From: Chrysomallon squamiferum
Lineage: Eukaryota; Animalia; Mollusca
DNA length: 64,000 nt
Direction of reading: 5' to 3'
NCBI GenBank assembly: GCA_012295275.1
Contig: CM022665.1
Coordinates: 37,634,001 to 37,698,000 of the forward strand
Position 1 is the stretch's first letter. The number at the start of each line of letters is the position of its first letter. Under the pieces are notes generated by a model, which did no database searches, was not told the DNA's origin, and was given only the letters and a program-made list of their open reading frames with translations. A program made the position numbers and the translations under genes. Below, piece by piece: positions 1-10,756 of the stretch.

Positions 1-447
1 ACAGAATTTCAAGTGACAAAGTACAAGGCACGAGCATTTTAATATTATAATCTGCGTTAAAAGCGAGTCATTTTACGAATAATATATATACGCAGACATT
101 TGCTGAAACATTGCCAATTACGATAAATATTTTAATCTTTTTTTTTTCTATAAATGTTTTATTTTAACTATTCGAAGTTTATCTTTTGTTTTCAGTATTG
201 AAAATAAGTGTTGCAAAATTAATATTTTTTTTTTATTCAGCTTTTCGTTATTTTTTTTAATTAAACATGAATAAAATATCTGTACTTAATCGCTTTACTG
301 GTTTTGTAGTAACGTAAACAAACACAAAAATTTATATATTTTCAATAATTTATTTCATTAAATTCAATAAAAGTATAATCAGCATACAGTTTAGAAACTT
401 TTCTCAGCCCTTCTGTTAGTGATTTACGCTGTCTCAACTCTTTAAAG

Positions 448-1438
448 CAGTGGTTCTCAAACTTTTTGAAGTCAGGGCACACTTCAAGCCATACAAAAAA
501 ATTGCGGGCACACTACACACAAAACGCAAAGAAATATAATGCAAAATGGAAGAAAATACAGAAATAACTGAAAGAAGGATATTGCTGCTGAATCGATTGC
601 GGAGCAGGCTGCCGAGGTTTCTATCCTCATTGTCTACATCTATGTCAGAGTCTTCATAATTTCGCGTATAAACGGTTCTCATCTGGAATCTGTACCGTTT
701 GTTTTTCTTCTCTGAGAGATGTTCACTGATATATTTAGAATTACCGCCCTTGTGTGAGAGATGTTCACGGATATATTTAGTTACTGCCCTTGTGTGAGAA
801 ATGTTCACTGATATATTTAGAATTACCGCCCTTGTGTGAGAGATGTTCACTGATATACTTAGAGATACTGCCCTTGTGCGAGTATATACCTTTATTCATC
901 ATCTATTTTGTGCTGATGAGAAGTATGAGCCTAACGTGTTTTGGCAATTTCTTCAAAAATATTGTAATATGAAATACAAAGCAATGGACTGTCAAAATGT
1001 CAAAAAACTGTCCAAAGGCTATATTTTTAATGGTGTGCATTGTGCAGTGAGGGAAAACGTTTATCAATCATTTGCTTTTAACAAATGTAACACTATAATA
1101 GGCTAAAATTCCATAAAGTATTAAAGTTTTAGATGGGTAGTGACTGTGACAGTGATAGGAATATGTGTCACAAGAAAACTATGGCTATTTATCACCCTAT
1201 CACTCATACTGTCACTGGTAAATAACCGCGCAACACTGAGCAGCCGCGCTAGCTGATCAGCTCATCACGAGTTTACAACGTGTATAAAAAAAATTCCGGG
1301 TAACCGGCTATTTCTTACTGGATATCTTTCCGCTCTTAACATAATCAAATTTTTATCATCGCAAATATCTACCTAGATCCTAGAATTTCGTGGGGCACAG
1401 CTAAATACGTCTCCGGGCGCACCCGCTGAGAACCACTG
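448..1438. mobile_element. Non-autonomous hAT (Charlie-like) DNA transposon, left end plus first copy of right end
   Basis: Left TIR CAGTGGTTCTCAAA at 448. Inverted TGAGAACCACTG ends at 1438. CAGTGGTTCTCAA is a typical Charlie/hAT terminus. The 8-bp flanks differ (CTTTAAAG vs CAGTAGAC). No transposase ORF. Confidence 0.75.
713..879. repeat. ~42-bp minisatellite, about 4 copies, inside the hAT element
   Basis: Unit TGAGAGATGTTCACTGATATATTTAGAATTACCGCCCTTGTG starts at 713, 755 (40-bp variant), 795 and 837. It explains the repetitive ORFs 434..850 and 790..972. Confidence 0.9.
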
Positions 1439-2167
1439 CAGTAGACAGACGCTGAGTCTCCGCCGACTCTGCTGTATTAAGTTCCATCACTGTCACGTGG
1501 CCCTAAGTCTATGGTTCAGTGAAAACGCATGATCATTTTAAAACTTCTGCTGTCATTACCATTATGAAATTTTGGAAAAATTCCTCTCTTTTATTATTTC
1601 TTTTTTTTATTTATTTATTTATTTTTTATTTTTTATTTTTTGACATTATTAATCATTATACGATCTTAATGATTATGGGCAAGAACAAAAAGAACAAAAT
1701 GAACAATGTAAACAGTATTATACTTATTTTGAAGAAACGATTGTAAAACGAAGTAAATATCCGGTTATTAATGAGCATTTACAAATGTCCCTATTGTCAC
1801 AAATGTTGTGATTTATGTTGGATTATATTTCGCCATCGAGAATGATATAAATTATTTCAATATTCCATTGCATTTAGTTAAGCATTTCTGATTTTTTTCT
1901 TTGTTTATAGTTATTTTATTATTATTTTATTTCGAGATTACATGCATGTACATGTATCTCAACTAATTGAGAGTATTTGCTAACTTATTTAATGCATTTT
2001 AATTCTCACGAATATTATAACAGTAAACCAGAATTCCGTTAAATATTATATATATAATAATATATAAATAATATAATAATGGAATAAAATGAAAATAAAA
2101 CAGTAAAAATAACGCCACACATTTTCGAAAAGTTGTTTATTCCCGCCCGTCTCCGTCACCTTTCGCC

Positions 2168-2190
2168 GTTGCTATGTCAACATACGTCAG
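2168..2190 (+). promoter_or_regulatory. RFX X-box-like palindrome with adjacent CRE half-site in a CpG-containing patch
   Basis: GTTGCTATGTCAAC (2168-2181) resembles the X-box GTTGCCATGGCAAC and is followed by TACGTCA. A strong donor AAG|GTAAGT follows at 2362/2363. Confidence 0.4.
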
Positions 2191-2811
2191 TCTCTTATTA
2201 ACAAAAATTGGCAATTGGCTTCATTTTGATCTACTCCAATTTCTTGTAGTTTTTCTAAGTATAGTAGCTTTTTTCTAAGTTTACACGCATATTTATTATT
2301 ATTAATTTTCTTACTTTTAAAATTTTAGTCTTCTTTTTATATTTAGTTTTTTATTATAAAAGGTAAGTACAAGTTGTAGTATCGATTACTGTTTTTGATT
2401 AATTTTCTAGCTTTTGATTTAATTATTATATTTTAATATATCTTAATTGATGATTTTAATTTTTTATTTTAATTCTTTTAATTTCTTATGGCGTGGGAAT
2501 AATCAGTCAGTGATAAACAGTTTTAACATTTTAATAACATACTCTTATTTAATATTATAAAATGTACTTGGAGGTAAAACGAATAAGCAAGTTATGTATA
2601 CATGTGTTATGTACATTGACAACAATATCTATTTGCAACATCAAACACAAAAACGTGTGACAAAACAAATATGTAGTACATTTATAACTATAATAATAAA
2701 CGTTTATTTCAGGATACTTTGTTTGTTATTCTATCTAGCAATTAATATTAATATTTATTATCTTTCATAGCACTCAAAGAACACGTCTGAAGTATTATAC
2801 CAACACATTAT

Positions 2812-2852
2812 ATGTATAATATGAATACCTTCCAAAAAATAGTTAGTGGTAC

Positions 2853-2928
<76 letters not shown>

Positions 2929-4082
2929 ACACACACACACACAGACAGACATTTATATCAAATACTTTTTAAAATTTTATTTTACTTTATTTATTGACGT
3001 ATTTATTTTACTTTATTATTTATTTAATTTATTATTTTTATTATTATTTTTTTATTTTCTCAGGCTGTCAGGATTTCACCTTGACCATCTTGGTACTTTT
3101 CGGTCTCTTCATTGCAATTAACCGTAAATATCGATATTTTCTATTTTCTACTAATCATATTATTTATATATTTAAAATAAAAACTGATGCATTAAATAGT
3201 AATGAAAAGAAAATGAGTTCTCTTTAATATTTGTCATAAAACAGTTAATTTCATTATTTCTGTAACAAAAGTCGACTTAACTTTAGTTGTTTATTTATAT
3301 CTATTTGTGTAAGCAATTATATACTCAAATTTTTATTTCCTCTTAAGCGACATCTTTAGAATTTGGCGCTATTTATTTTTCAGAGTTATTTTCATTAATT
3401 AATAAATAAATTCTGTAGATATAAACAATTTTATCCAACAATCACTATAAATGGTGACAAGATATGATGATAAAATAAAGTTTTTTTATCTTCGGGCACT
3501 GGGATTTTTGGTACCGACCTACATTTATTTCGATAAATTACTTATTATTTAAGTGTGTTTATTTTTAAAGGTTACTTCTTTAGTGTTTAACTGATGCCTT
3601 TACATCTTTACAAATGGTATTTCATTTTAAAAGCGGCGAGTTAATAAATGAAACGGTCAGTTTCATCTAGTTTTGGTATCATTTAGGATTGCAGGATAAA
3701 AGAGATAACTGGTTACTGTGTTAAGATATCAGATTTATCTGGCGAATACAGCTCGGCAAACCCTCGCTACATTCGGCATGCTATCCTTCACATGGTAAAT
3801 CAGATATCTTCTGAAAGTAATCAGATTATTGCACGTTAATTTGAAAAGGTGTGATATACACTACATTAATCTTTTTATTCTGCAGTGGAGAAGGACGCGC
3901 AAATACTGCGGCGATGCTGGCGTGCGTTGCCCTCCTGGCCAGGCAGGAAAGTCCATGATGAGGAGGATGACAATACTGAATCTGAGGAATCTGTTGAGAC
4001 ATTGGTAGCCGAGGAGTGGCAAAATAATACAAACACCGTTGATGTTGTATTGTCAGAAAGCGATATTGAAATAAGTTTTTAA
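2812..4082 (+). CDS. Candidate small orphan single-pass membrane protein (~97 aa); may be non-coding or a pseudogene
   Basis: Phase-consistent GT-AG exons 2812-2848, 3064-3123 and 3886-4082 give MYNMNTFQKIVSGCQDFTLTILVLFGLFIAINLEKDAQILRRCWRALPSWPGRKVHDEEDDNTESEESVETLVAEEWQNNTNTVDVVLSESDIEISF*. A possible 108-bp exon at 3687-3794 would add an in-frame TAA. No homology recognised. Confidence 0.35.
2856..2948. repeat. (CT)n then (CA)n microsatellite
   Basis: Directly visible dinucleotide runs. Confidence 0.95.
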
Positions 4083-4099
4083 GAAAAGAGAAAGAAACA

Positions 4100-4548
4100 A
4101 TGTTTTCATAAAGTACAGAAGTTTAAAGAGTCTCATCATTTAAAAAAATGATACAATGTTTTAAAACTTTATTATTTTTAGCACCAAAAATAATTTACAA
4201 TAATATAAATTATATATTATTATTATTATTATTATTTTTATTTTATTTTTTTTTTTTTTTTATAATTTTTAAAAAATATATTTATAACTATGACATTTAT
4301 TTTACATACAATCCCAGTTTACAAGTAATTTTCAAATCATTACCAAAATTTAAAGCAAGATAGTATTTATTTATATATATTTTTTTCTATTTGAAGGGTT
4401 ATATATATGTTACTGGTACCAATTTGACATTTATTATTTTTTTTCTTAACCTTTCTCATATATAAAGGTGCTTATTTCATATCATTTTTAAGTTATGTTT
4501 ATTTATTTGTTAATAAAATATTATTATTCTAAATATTTTAAAAGTTAA

Positions 4549-4599
<51 letters not shown>

Positions 4600-4630
4600 C
4601 GAAAAATAAAAATAAAGTAATTAAAACTGT
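4100..4630 (+). repeat. Direct repeat copy A (~0.5 kb, AT-rich); second copy at 9368-9850
   Basis: Both copies begin ATGTTTTCATAAAGTACAG and share TTTAGCACCAAAAATAATTTACAATAATATAAATT, AATCCCAGTTTACAAGTAATTTTCAAATCATTACC and GAAGGGTTATATATATGTTACTGGTACCAATTTG. Confidence 0.9.
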
Positions 4631-5217
4631 CATAGTAGTAAGTGTTCGTGTTATTATTATTTTAAAACATTTAATATATTTTCTCAAGACCTATAATTTT
4701 AACTCGTTTGCCTTGACAAAAACCGTACAAGTTTAAGCAATGAATGGAAAAAGCCAAGAAAGAATGAGTCTTCAGAATCGTAACCATTTTAAAAGATCTA
4801 GATATACGTGGGAATTGATTTTTTTACTTCGTAATATGAATTAAACTTGTACAATCAAGTTTGCACTCTTGCATAATAAACCCAAGAGGCGGATTAAACT
4901 TTAGGTAAGGAGGGGATTTCCAAAACAATATGTAAACGTTTACAATTTGAAATTATCAATTTTACAGGATACATGAGACAGTGAGACTGAGTGAGTGAGT
5001 GTTTGTTGTGAACTGTTTCAAACTGATGCGTACATCAGTGCTACTTAATACAGTCACTTGCCTTCGTTCACACTGAGCAGCATGTGCGCCTGCAATGTCG
5101 TCATACGTTGTCCTCAGTTTCAAAACGAATGCAACAAAGACTGTACGCACATCAGCTTCAGTGTCACTTGTGCAACTACAGGAGAGGAAGCGAGCATATA
5201 TATATGTGCCTGTGGAA

Positions 5218-5447
5218 CAATGGCGTGCAGAGGTCTGGTGCTGCCATCTCCTTGACTGTATGCCCAAAAATATCAAGTATAAGGCAGGTATTTTGAATAT
5301 ATAAACACAGATGAAACATAAAATAAACACTTTATTCGATTTAAATATAAATCAACCAAATTTTTAAATTATTTTCTTTGATTGGATGCCCCCTCCCATC
5401 TGGGGCCTGGGGCCACCGCCCCTTCGGCCTCCCTCTACACACCACTG
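5218..5447. mobile_element. hAT-type MITE (230 bp) with 8-bp TSD
   Basis: TIRs CAATGGCGTGCAGAGG and CCTCTACACACCACTG match 13/16. Flanks CTGTGGAA (5210-5217) and CTGTGGAC (5448-5455) match 7/8. Confidence 0.75.
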
Positions 5448-5483
5448 CTGTGGACATCAGTTGTTATTATAATTATTATTATT

Positions 5484-5488
5484 ATTTA

Positions 5489-5567
<79 letters not shown>

Positions 5568-5622
5568 GTTTGTTTGTTTGTTTGTTTGTTTGTTTGTTTA
5601 TTTATTTATTTATTTATTTATT
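5484..5622. repeat. Compound tetranucleotide microsatellite (TACT)n(TTTG)n(TTTA)n
   Basis: Directly visible. It explains the YLLT-repeat ORFs. Confidence 0.95.
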
Positions 5623-7430
5623 GCTTGGGAGAGTGTTTGTACTACTGGGAAATCCTCCTGAATCCGCCCCTGGACCCGGAATATTTCTCAGTGATTATAA
5701 CATCGATATTCAGTGTGATAGATGACGAGATCAAGCTTTCACACCGGTCCCTTTTAGGCTATGTTCCATTACAACCACTGTTCCATTACAATGGTTTGCA
5801 AAAGGCTGTGGCAAGTCTTTTATCTCTCTGGTAACACGCAGAGAAAAGATTCCTCGCTGCTAACTAATCAGAGTAACCCGTGGATGGTGTTGCCGCTTTC
5901 CTATTTTCTTCATTATAAAAGAAAAAGATAAACGACTGACAGATAATAACCGTTAGCCGTTAACGTTAAAATGTGTAAATATGTTGTGTTTTGTTACGCA
6001 AACATTCATTTTCAACAATAATTAATAAACATTCTCAGCAGTAGACGATGTGTAGTATTGAGTAACTTATAAGACGATGGTGTTTGATATTTGTTAGGAG
6101 CCACAACAAAAAAAAAGTCTTGTAAATCGGAAAGTAGCCAGATTTACTTAAAGCATGAGGGGCCTTGGTCTACTTACCCCCTCCACGATATTCATACCCC
6201 CTTTGGCATAACAGCCTACCAAGTTCGGAACACTTATTCATTAGCATAATTATTTCATAAAACAAGTGGAACTGAATTTAATTGTTTGTTCTGCCTGGCA
6301 GGATTCCTTGGCCATCGATATCAGTGTGTTCAGAAAATTTTTGTTCTTAATACGTCATAATTAAATTGTCCTCATTTGGGTCGTGTGCCTCATGTTAGGA
6401 AACACCGACCTGAAGTGTTCATCGTAAACGACCTGCTGCATTCTTGCTGTATTAAAACTAACGAACAACGTTTTCAAGACCATAATACAGTGTTCTGAAA
6501 GAAAGGAGAGGGAAGCCTTCTGCTGGAGTTACATCATAATTCATTTTGCGTCTACGGAAAGATGGATTTTTGAATGCCTTTGCCATAGGCCGCAGGAGAA
6601 AAGCAAGTCGCTGAAAATGTATTATTACCTTCAAAGCCAGAATTACCTAATTAGGTTACTGTCGGGAATATTCGGTTTCACGTGAAAGTCTAGCAGGCAG
6701 AAAGAAGACAAAATTGGCATATTATATCTAAATAGGTCACTAGCTTATAAGAAATTGAAAAATCACTTTCCACATTGAAAGTATTTGCTGGGGTCTGGTC
6801 CAGAATTTCTGAAAATGTGGTGTTATTCTGTTGAGTGTAACTTTCATTATTTATTCCTGGATAGATAGTAATACAGACATTATTTTTACAAATACACACA
6901 AACAAACACTTGCAATCAAAACAAGAAAATCTTAAGGGAAAAGTTCTACTTTAATGAATAATAAAACTTTACGTAGAATACAGCAGAGTCGTTGCATTTG
7001 TACCGAGTGCTTAGCCCGTAAGCAATTACAAATTACACTTATATTACTCTACGCTAGAAAAAATACTCAACAGTAGAAAAAAAGGATGCGTGTGCGTGCG
7101 TGTTTTAATGTGTGTGTTTAATATTTTAAACGGAGAAAATGACGGAAAAAGGTACACAGATAAAATGAGAGAAACGGACTCTTACTGAAGCTGTTATCGC
7201 TAGAAATGAATGTTTTAAATTGTAAGTCATGAAGGAATGAAATGTTAAAATCATTCTAATCGAATAACTATGAGGGATATTTGCTGAAGTGTTACTGATC
7301 ATATTTACCTAAGCCTGCAGCCATTGGCAGAATTTACGAAAGCAGACGAAAAATTACGTTATTATTACGAGGAAGTCTTTCGACCAGTAAACACGAAAAT
7401 CGTATAAACTTCCTGTACAAGTGCAAAACA

Positions 7431-7473
<43 letters not shown>

Positions 7474-7772
7474 AATGAAGAAAGAAAGAAAGAAGGAACA
7501 AATACAAAAATAATAATAATAATAAAAATCGCCGTCTTTCCTCAACGTTAATGAATCAAAACTTTTATGTGAATCATTTACAGTAAAAAAGCAACAACAA
7601 CAAAAACAACAAAACAAAATGAAAAGAAAAGAAAACAGAGAGAGAGACAGAGAGAGATGTGGGGCGGAGGGTTCTATTTTGAAACTATTTCATTATCCAT
7701 CAACTCACGGACATGGACATACAGTTCCGCTGATGCAGTACACTTTGAAAAGTGTTTCTTATATACATGTAT

Positions 7773-7775
<3 letters not shown>

Positions 7776-7812
<37 letters not shown>

Positions 7813-7815
7813 AAG

Positions 7816-7857
<42 letters not shown>

Positions 7858-7860
7858 AAA
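7776..7860. repeat. Poly(A) tract
   Basis: About 80-nt A-rich run. It explains the poly-K and poly-F ORFs. Confidence 0.95.
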
Positions 7861-9367
7861 TAGAGTTGTGCTTAATACTCGATGAAAACCCCCCACAAAA
7901 AGTAACATTACAAATTACCTGCTTTGTCAGAACTCTTTTGTGAGTACTAGCCTCTGTAACTAATCATCTAAGAAACTGATATTTTCATTTGTGCCGATAA
8001 AAAGCTGTATCTTAACCTTTAGTCAATGTAAGAATGTTTTGTAATCCTCGATATGAAGTTCGTCTGCAATAAATGTTCTTTTAAATCCTTTATTATTATT
8101 ATTTATTTATATATTAGTCTTATTAAATATTTATGTACTGAACATTTATAAATGAATTATATGTACGTACGTACGTATGTGTGCATGTATGTATCTTTGT
8201 ATTTGGGTTTATTTGTTTGATTGATTGTTTATTTCTTTATTTCTTTGATTTGTTTGTATTTATTTACTTTTGCAAAGGAACACTGAATAACTGTGAAAAA
8301 AGAAACGCCACAAAATGAAAAGGAATGGAAATTAGATGAGGACATAACGGTTACACATACGTTTAAAACAATACAAATGTAGAATTGTTGTTGTTTTTTT
8401 TATAATAGGTTAAACCTGGTTGCCATTACATTACAGACTTTAATCAATTAGCAACAAAAGATTGTTGAAATGCACCATCTCCTAAACATGGAAAACAATT
8501 CGTGGTTTTCATTGGTTATTGGCTAAAAAGGAAAACAGCACAACAGCGCCCTGAAGAGCACCGATTCTGAACCTCAGTTGAAAAAGTTCCTGCAGTTGCC
8601 TGTGTTATCCTAACAGTAGCTGCACTTAGAAGTATTAGTATTATAAGCAGCAGTAGTAGTATCGACCACTAGCGTATTAAGATGAGTGACTGAAAAACAT
8701 TAAGAATGAAAAACCTGAGTATTCTCGAAGCATTTTATCGCGCCATTAATATCTAATAAATAAATAATAAAAAGAAAACAAAAAAACAACATATATATCA
8801 GTTTATTTCGCTGAATAAAGAGGCTTATTTCATCTTCAGACATCTTCATAATTCTATAATGCATTTTGCAAAACTTTATACCACTTTAAATAATCCCAAA
8901 GAGCAGCATTTCCCACACACGCACGCACAAACAGAGGTATAAATGAACGATCGAGCAATGACTCAGTGATTGGGTCAGTATGCACATTATGCCGATTAGC
9001 AGTTTAACATAAACTGGAAGGGAATTTAATAACAGATTTGAGTACATTTGTAAAATCTCTCAGACACACAGACACCATTACCCACAAAGTACAGTGCAGA
9101 AATAAATAACAAAACAATGACACTGTTGTATTCAGAATTGAAGGAAAAGTCGGCCGAAAGCATTGAACCTAACAAATCCTTCACCGTAGAAATCATTAAA
9201 ATATTTCTAGATGGTTTTTTCTAGGTGTAAACTTATAGTTTTTATAATAAAGTTGCAGATTTTAACATTTTCATTTCACTGCTTTCAACTTTTTAATGGT
9301 ATGCAGAGCTTTTAAAATAAGTTTTTCTGTTATTCTAGTATTTGGGCCAAAGCTTAGGCAATAGTAG

Positions 9368-9850
9368 ATGTTTTCATAAAGTACAGGAGTTTAAAGCATG
9401 TCATTTAAAAAAATTCTACAAAATTTAAAAACTATTAATTTTAGCACCAAAAATAATTTACAATAATATAAATTATATATTATTATTATTATTATCATTA
9501 ATTTTTTTGTAATTTTTTAGAAATATATTTATAATTATGACATTTATTTTGCATGCAATCCCAGTTTACAAGTAATTTTCAAATCATTACCAAAATTTAA
9601 AGCAAGATATTATTTATTTATTTTTTTTTTTTTCTATTTGAAGGGTTATATATATGTTACTGGTACCAATTTGAAATTTATTTTTTTTTTTCTGAACCTT
9701 TCTCATATATAAATGTGCTTATTTCCTATCATTTTTAAGTTATGTTTATTTATTTGATAGTAAAATATTATTATTCTAAAGATTTTAAAAGTTTAAAAAA
9801 AATAAAATAAAATAAAAATAATGATAAAAAAATAAATAAAACTAAAGCTA
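9368..9850 (+). repeat. Direct repeat copy B of 4100-4630
   Basis: Colinear match to 4100-4630. It joins directly to the second hAT right end at ~9848. Confidence 0.9.
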
Positions 9851-10226
9851 TAAAGCTAAAATTCCATAAAATATTAAAGTTTTAGATGGGTAGTGACTGT
9901 GACAGTGATAGGAATATGTGTCACAAGAAAACTTTGGCTATTTATCACTCACACTGTCACTGGTAAACTACTGTGCAGCCTGCACACCCTACACTGTCAC
10001 TGGTAAACTACTGTGCAGCCTTGAGCAGCTGCACTTGCTGATCAGCCAGAACTCAATTTGAATGAGTTTACAACGTGTATAAAATCTTATTCTGGGCAAC
10101 CGGCTATTTCTTCCTGGATATCTTTCCACTGCTTAACATAATCAAATTTTTTATCATCACAAATATCTACCTTGATCCTAGAATTTTTGTGGGGCACACC
10201 TAAGCATGTCTCTTTGAGAACCACTG
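9848..10226. mobile_element. Second copy of the hAT right end (homologous to 1093-1438)
   Basis: Shares GCTAAAATTCCATAAA...GATGGGTAGTGACTGTGACAGTGATAGGAATATGTGTCACAAG with 1093-1438. Ends TTTGAGAACCACTG, a 14-bp match to the left TIR. Right flank is CTTCAAAG. Has an internal ~40-bp tandem duplication at 9951-10021. Confidence 0.85.
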
Positions 10227-10756
10227 CTTCAAAGAGCAGACTGTATTGTTGATGGAACATTTCCTTTTAAGCACCAGCTGTACTTTTTGCTTTTCTAGTC
10301 TGTCTCTTGATTGATAATTTTAAGGCTTGAATATGCTTTCCATGGTGTGTCGATGAAAGATATTTTATTTCTAGCTGATAATGGTAGCTTTTAGTCTCGC
10401 AACATCTAACATGGTTAATACTAAAACAAATATGTCTGACAATTTTCCTTATATATAATAAATATAATAAATGAGTATTTATTGTTTCCTTCATTTCAGA
10501 GGTAGATGATGTAAAATAAGAGCTTTTTCCAATAACATGCTAAATGATGTATAAATATTTCTTTTTAACACTCTGATTATTCCATTTGCCTACATGCTTT
10601 CTTCTTTATCATTAAACCACCTGCATCATTATCATGTTTGATATATATTAGAAGTTTGATGGTCTGTTATTTTAAACTTCATTGATCCATGGAACTTAAA
10701 GTTAGATCTGCTATAAGCACCACTGTTAAAATGTTTTAAACGTGACCATCATATGT

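Larger units (their letters stand above)
4883..5672. mobile_element. Possible MITE with GGCGGATT-type inverted termini, hosting a nested hAT MITE
   Basis: Left AGAGGCGGATT...AGGAGGGGATTTCC and right GGAAATCCTCCT...AATCCGCCCCTG are imperfect inverted copies. No convincing TSD. Confidence 0.4.

Noticed and set aside
434-972. 138-aa and 60-aa ORFs with internal repeats; the array is superficially CRISPR-like
   Set aside because: They are translations of a 42-bp minisatellite inside a MITE. There are no unique spacers or cas genes and the context is eukaryotic.
4962-5330. Overlapping Cys-rich ORFs, such as a metallothionein-like 65-aa ORF
   Set aside because: They run across a MITE boundary, and no splice or promoter support or family motif was found.
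5378-5834. Hydrophobic 115-aa and 150-aa ORFs
   Set aside because: Products of tetranucleotide microsatellites.
1464-6991. 15-bp perfect inverted match CGACTCTGCTGTATT (1464-1478) / AATACAGCAGAGTCG (6977-6991) as possible TIRs
   Set aside because: The match does not extend, there is no TSD, and it is borderline for chance.
7619-7885. Poly-Lys and poly-Phe ORFs
   Set aside because: Products of a poly(A) tract.
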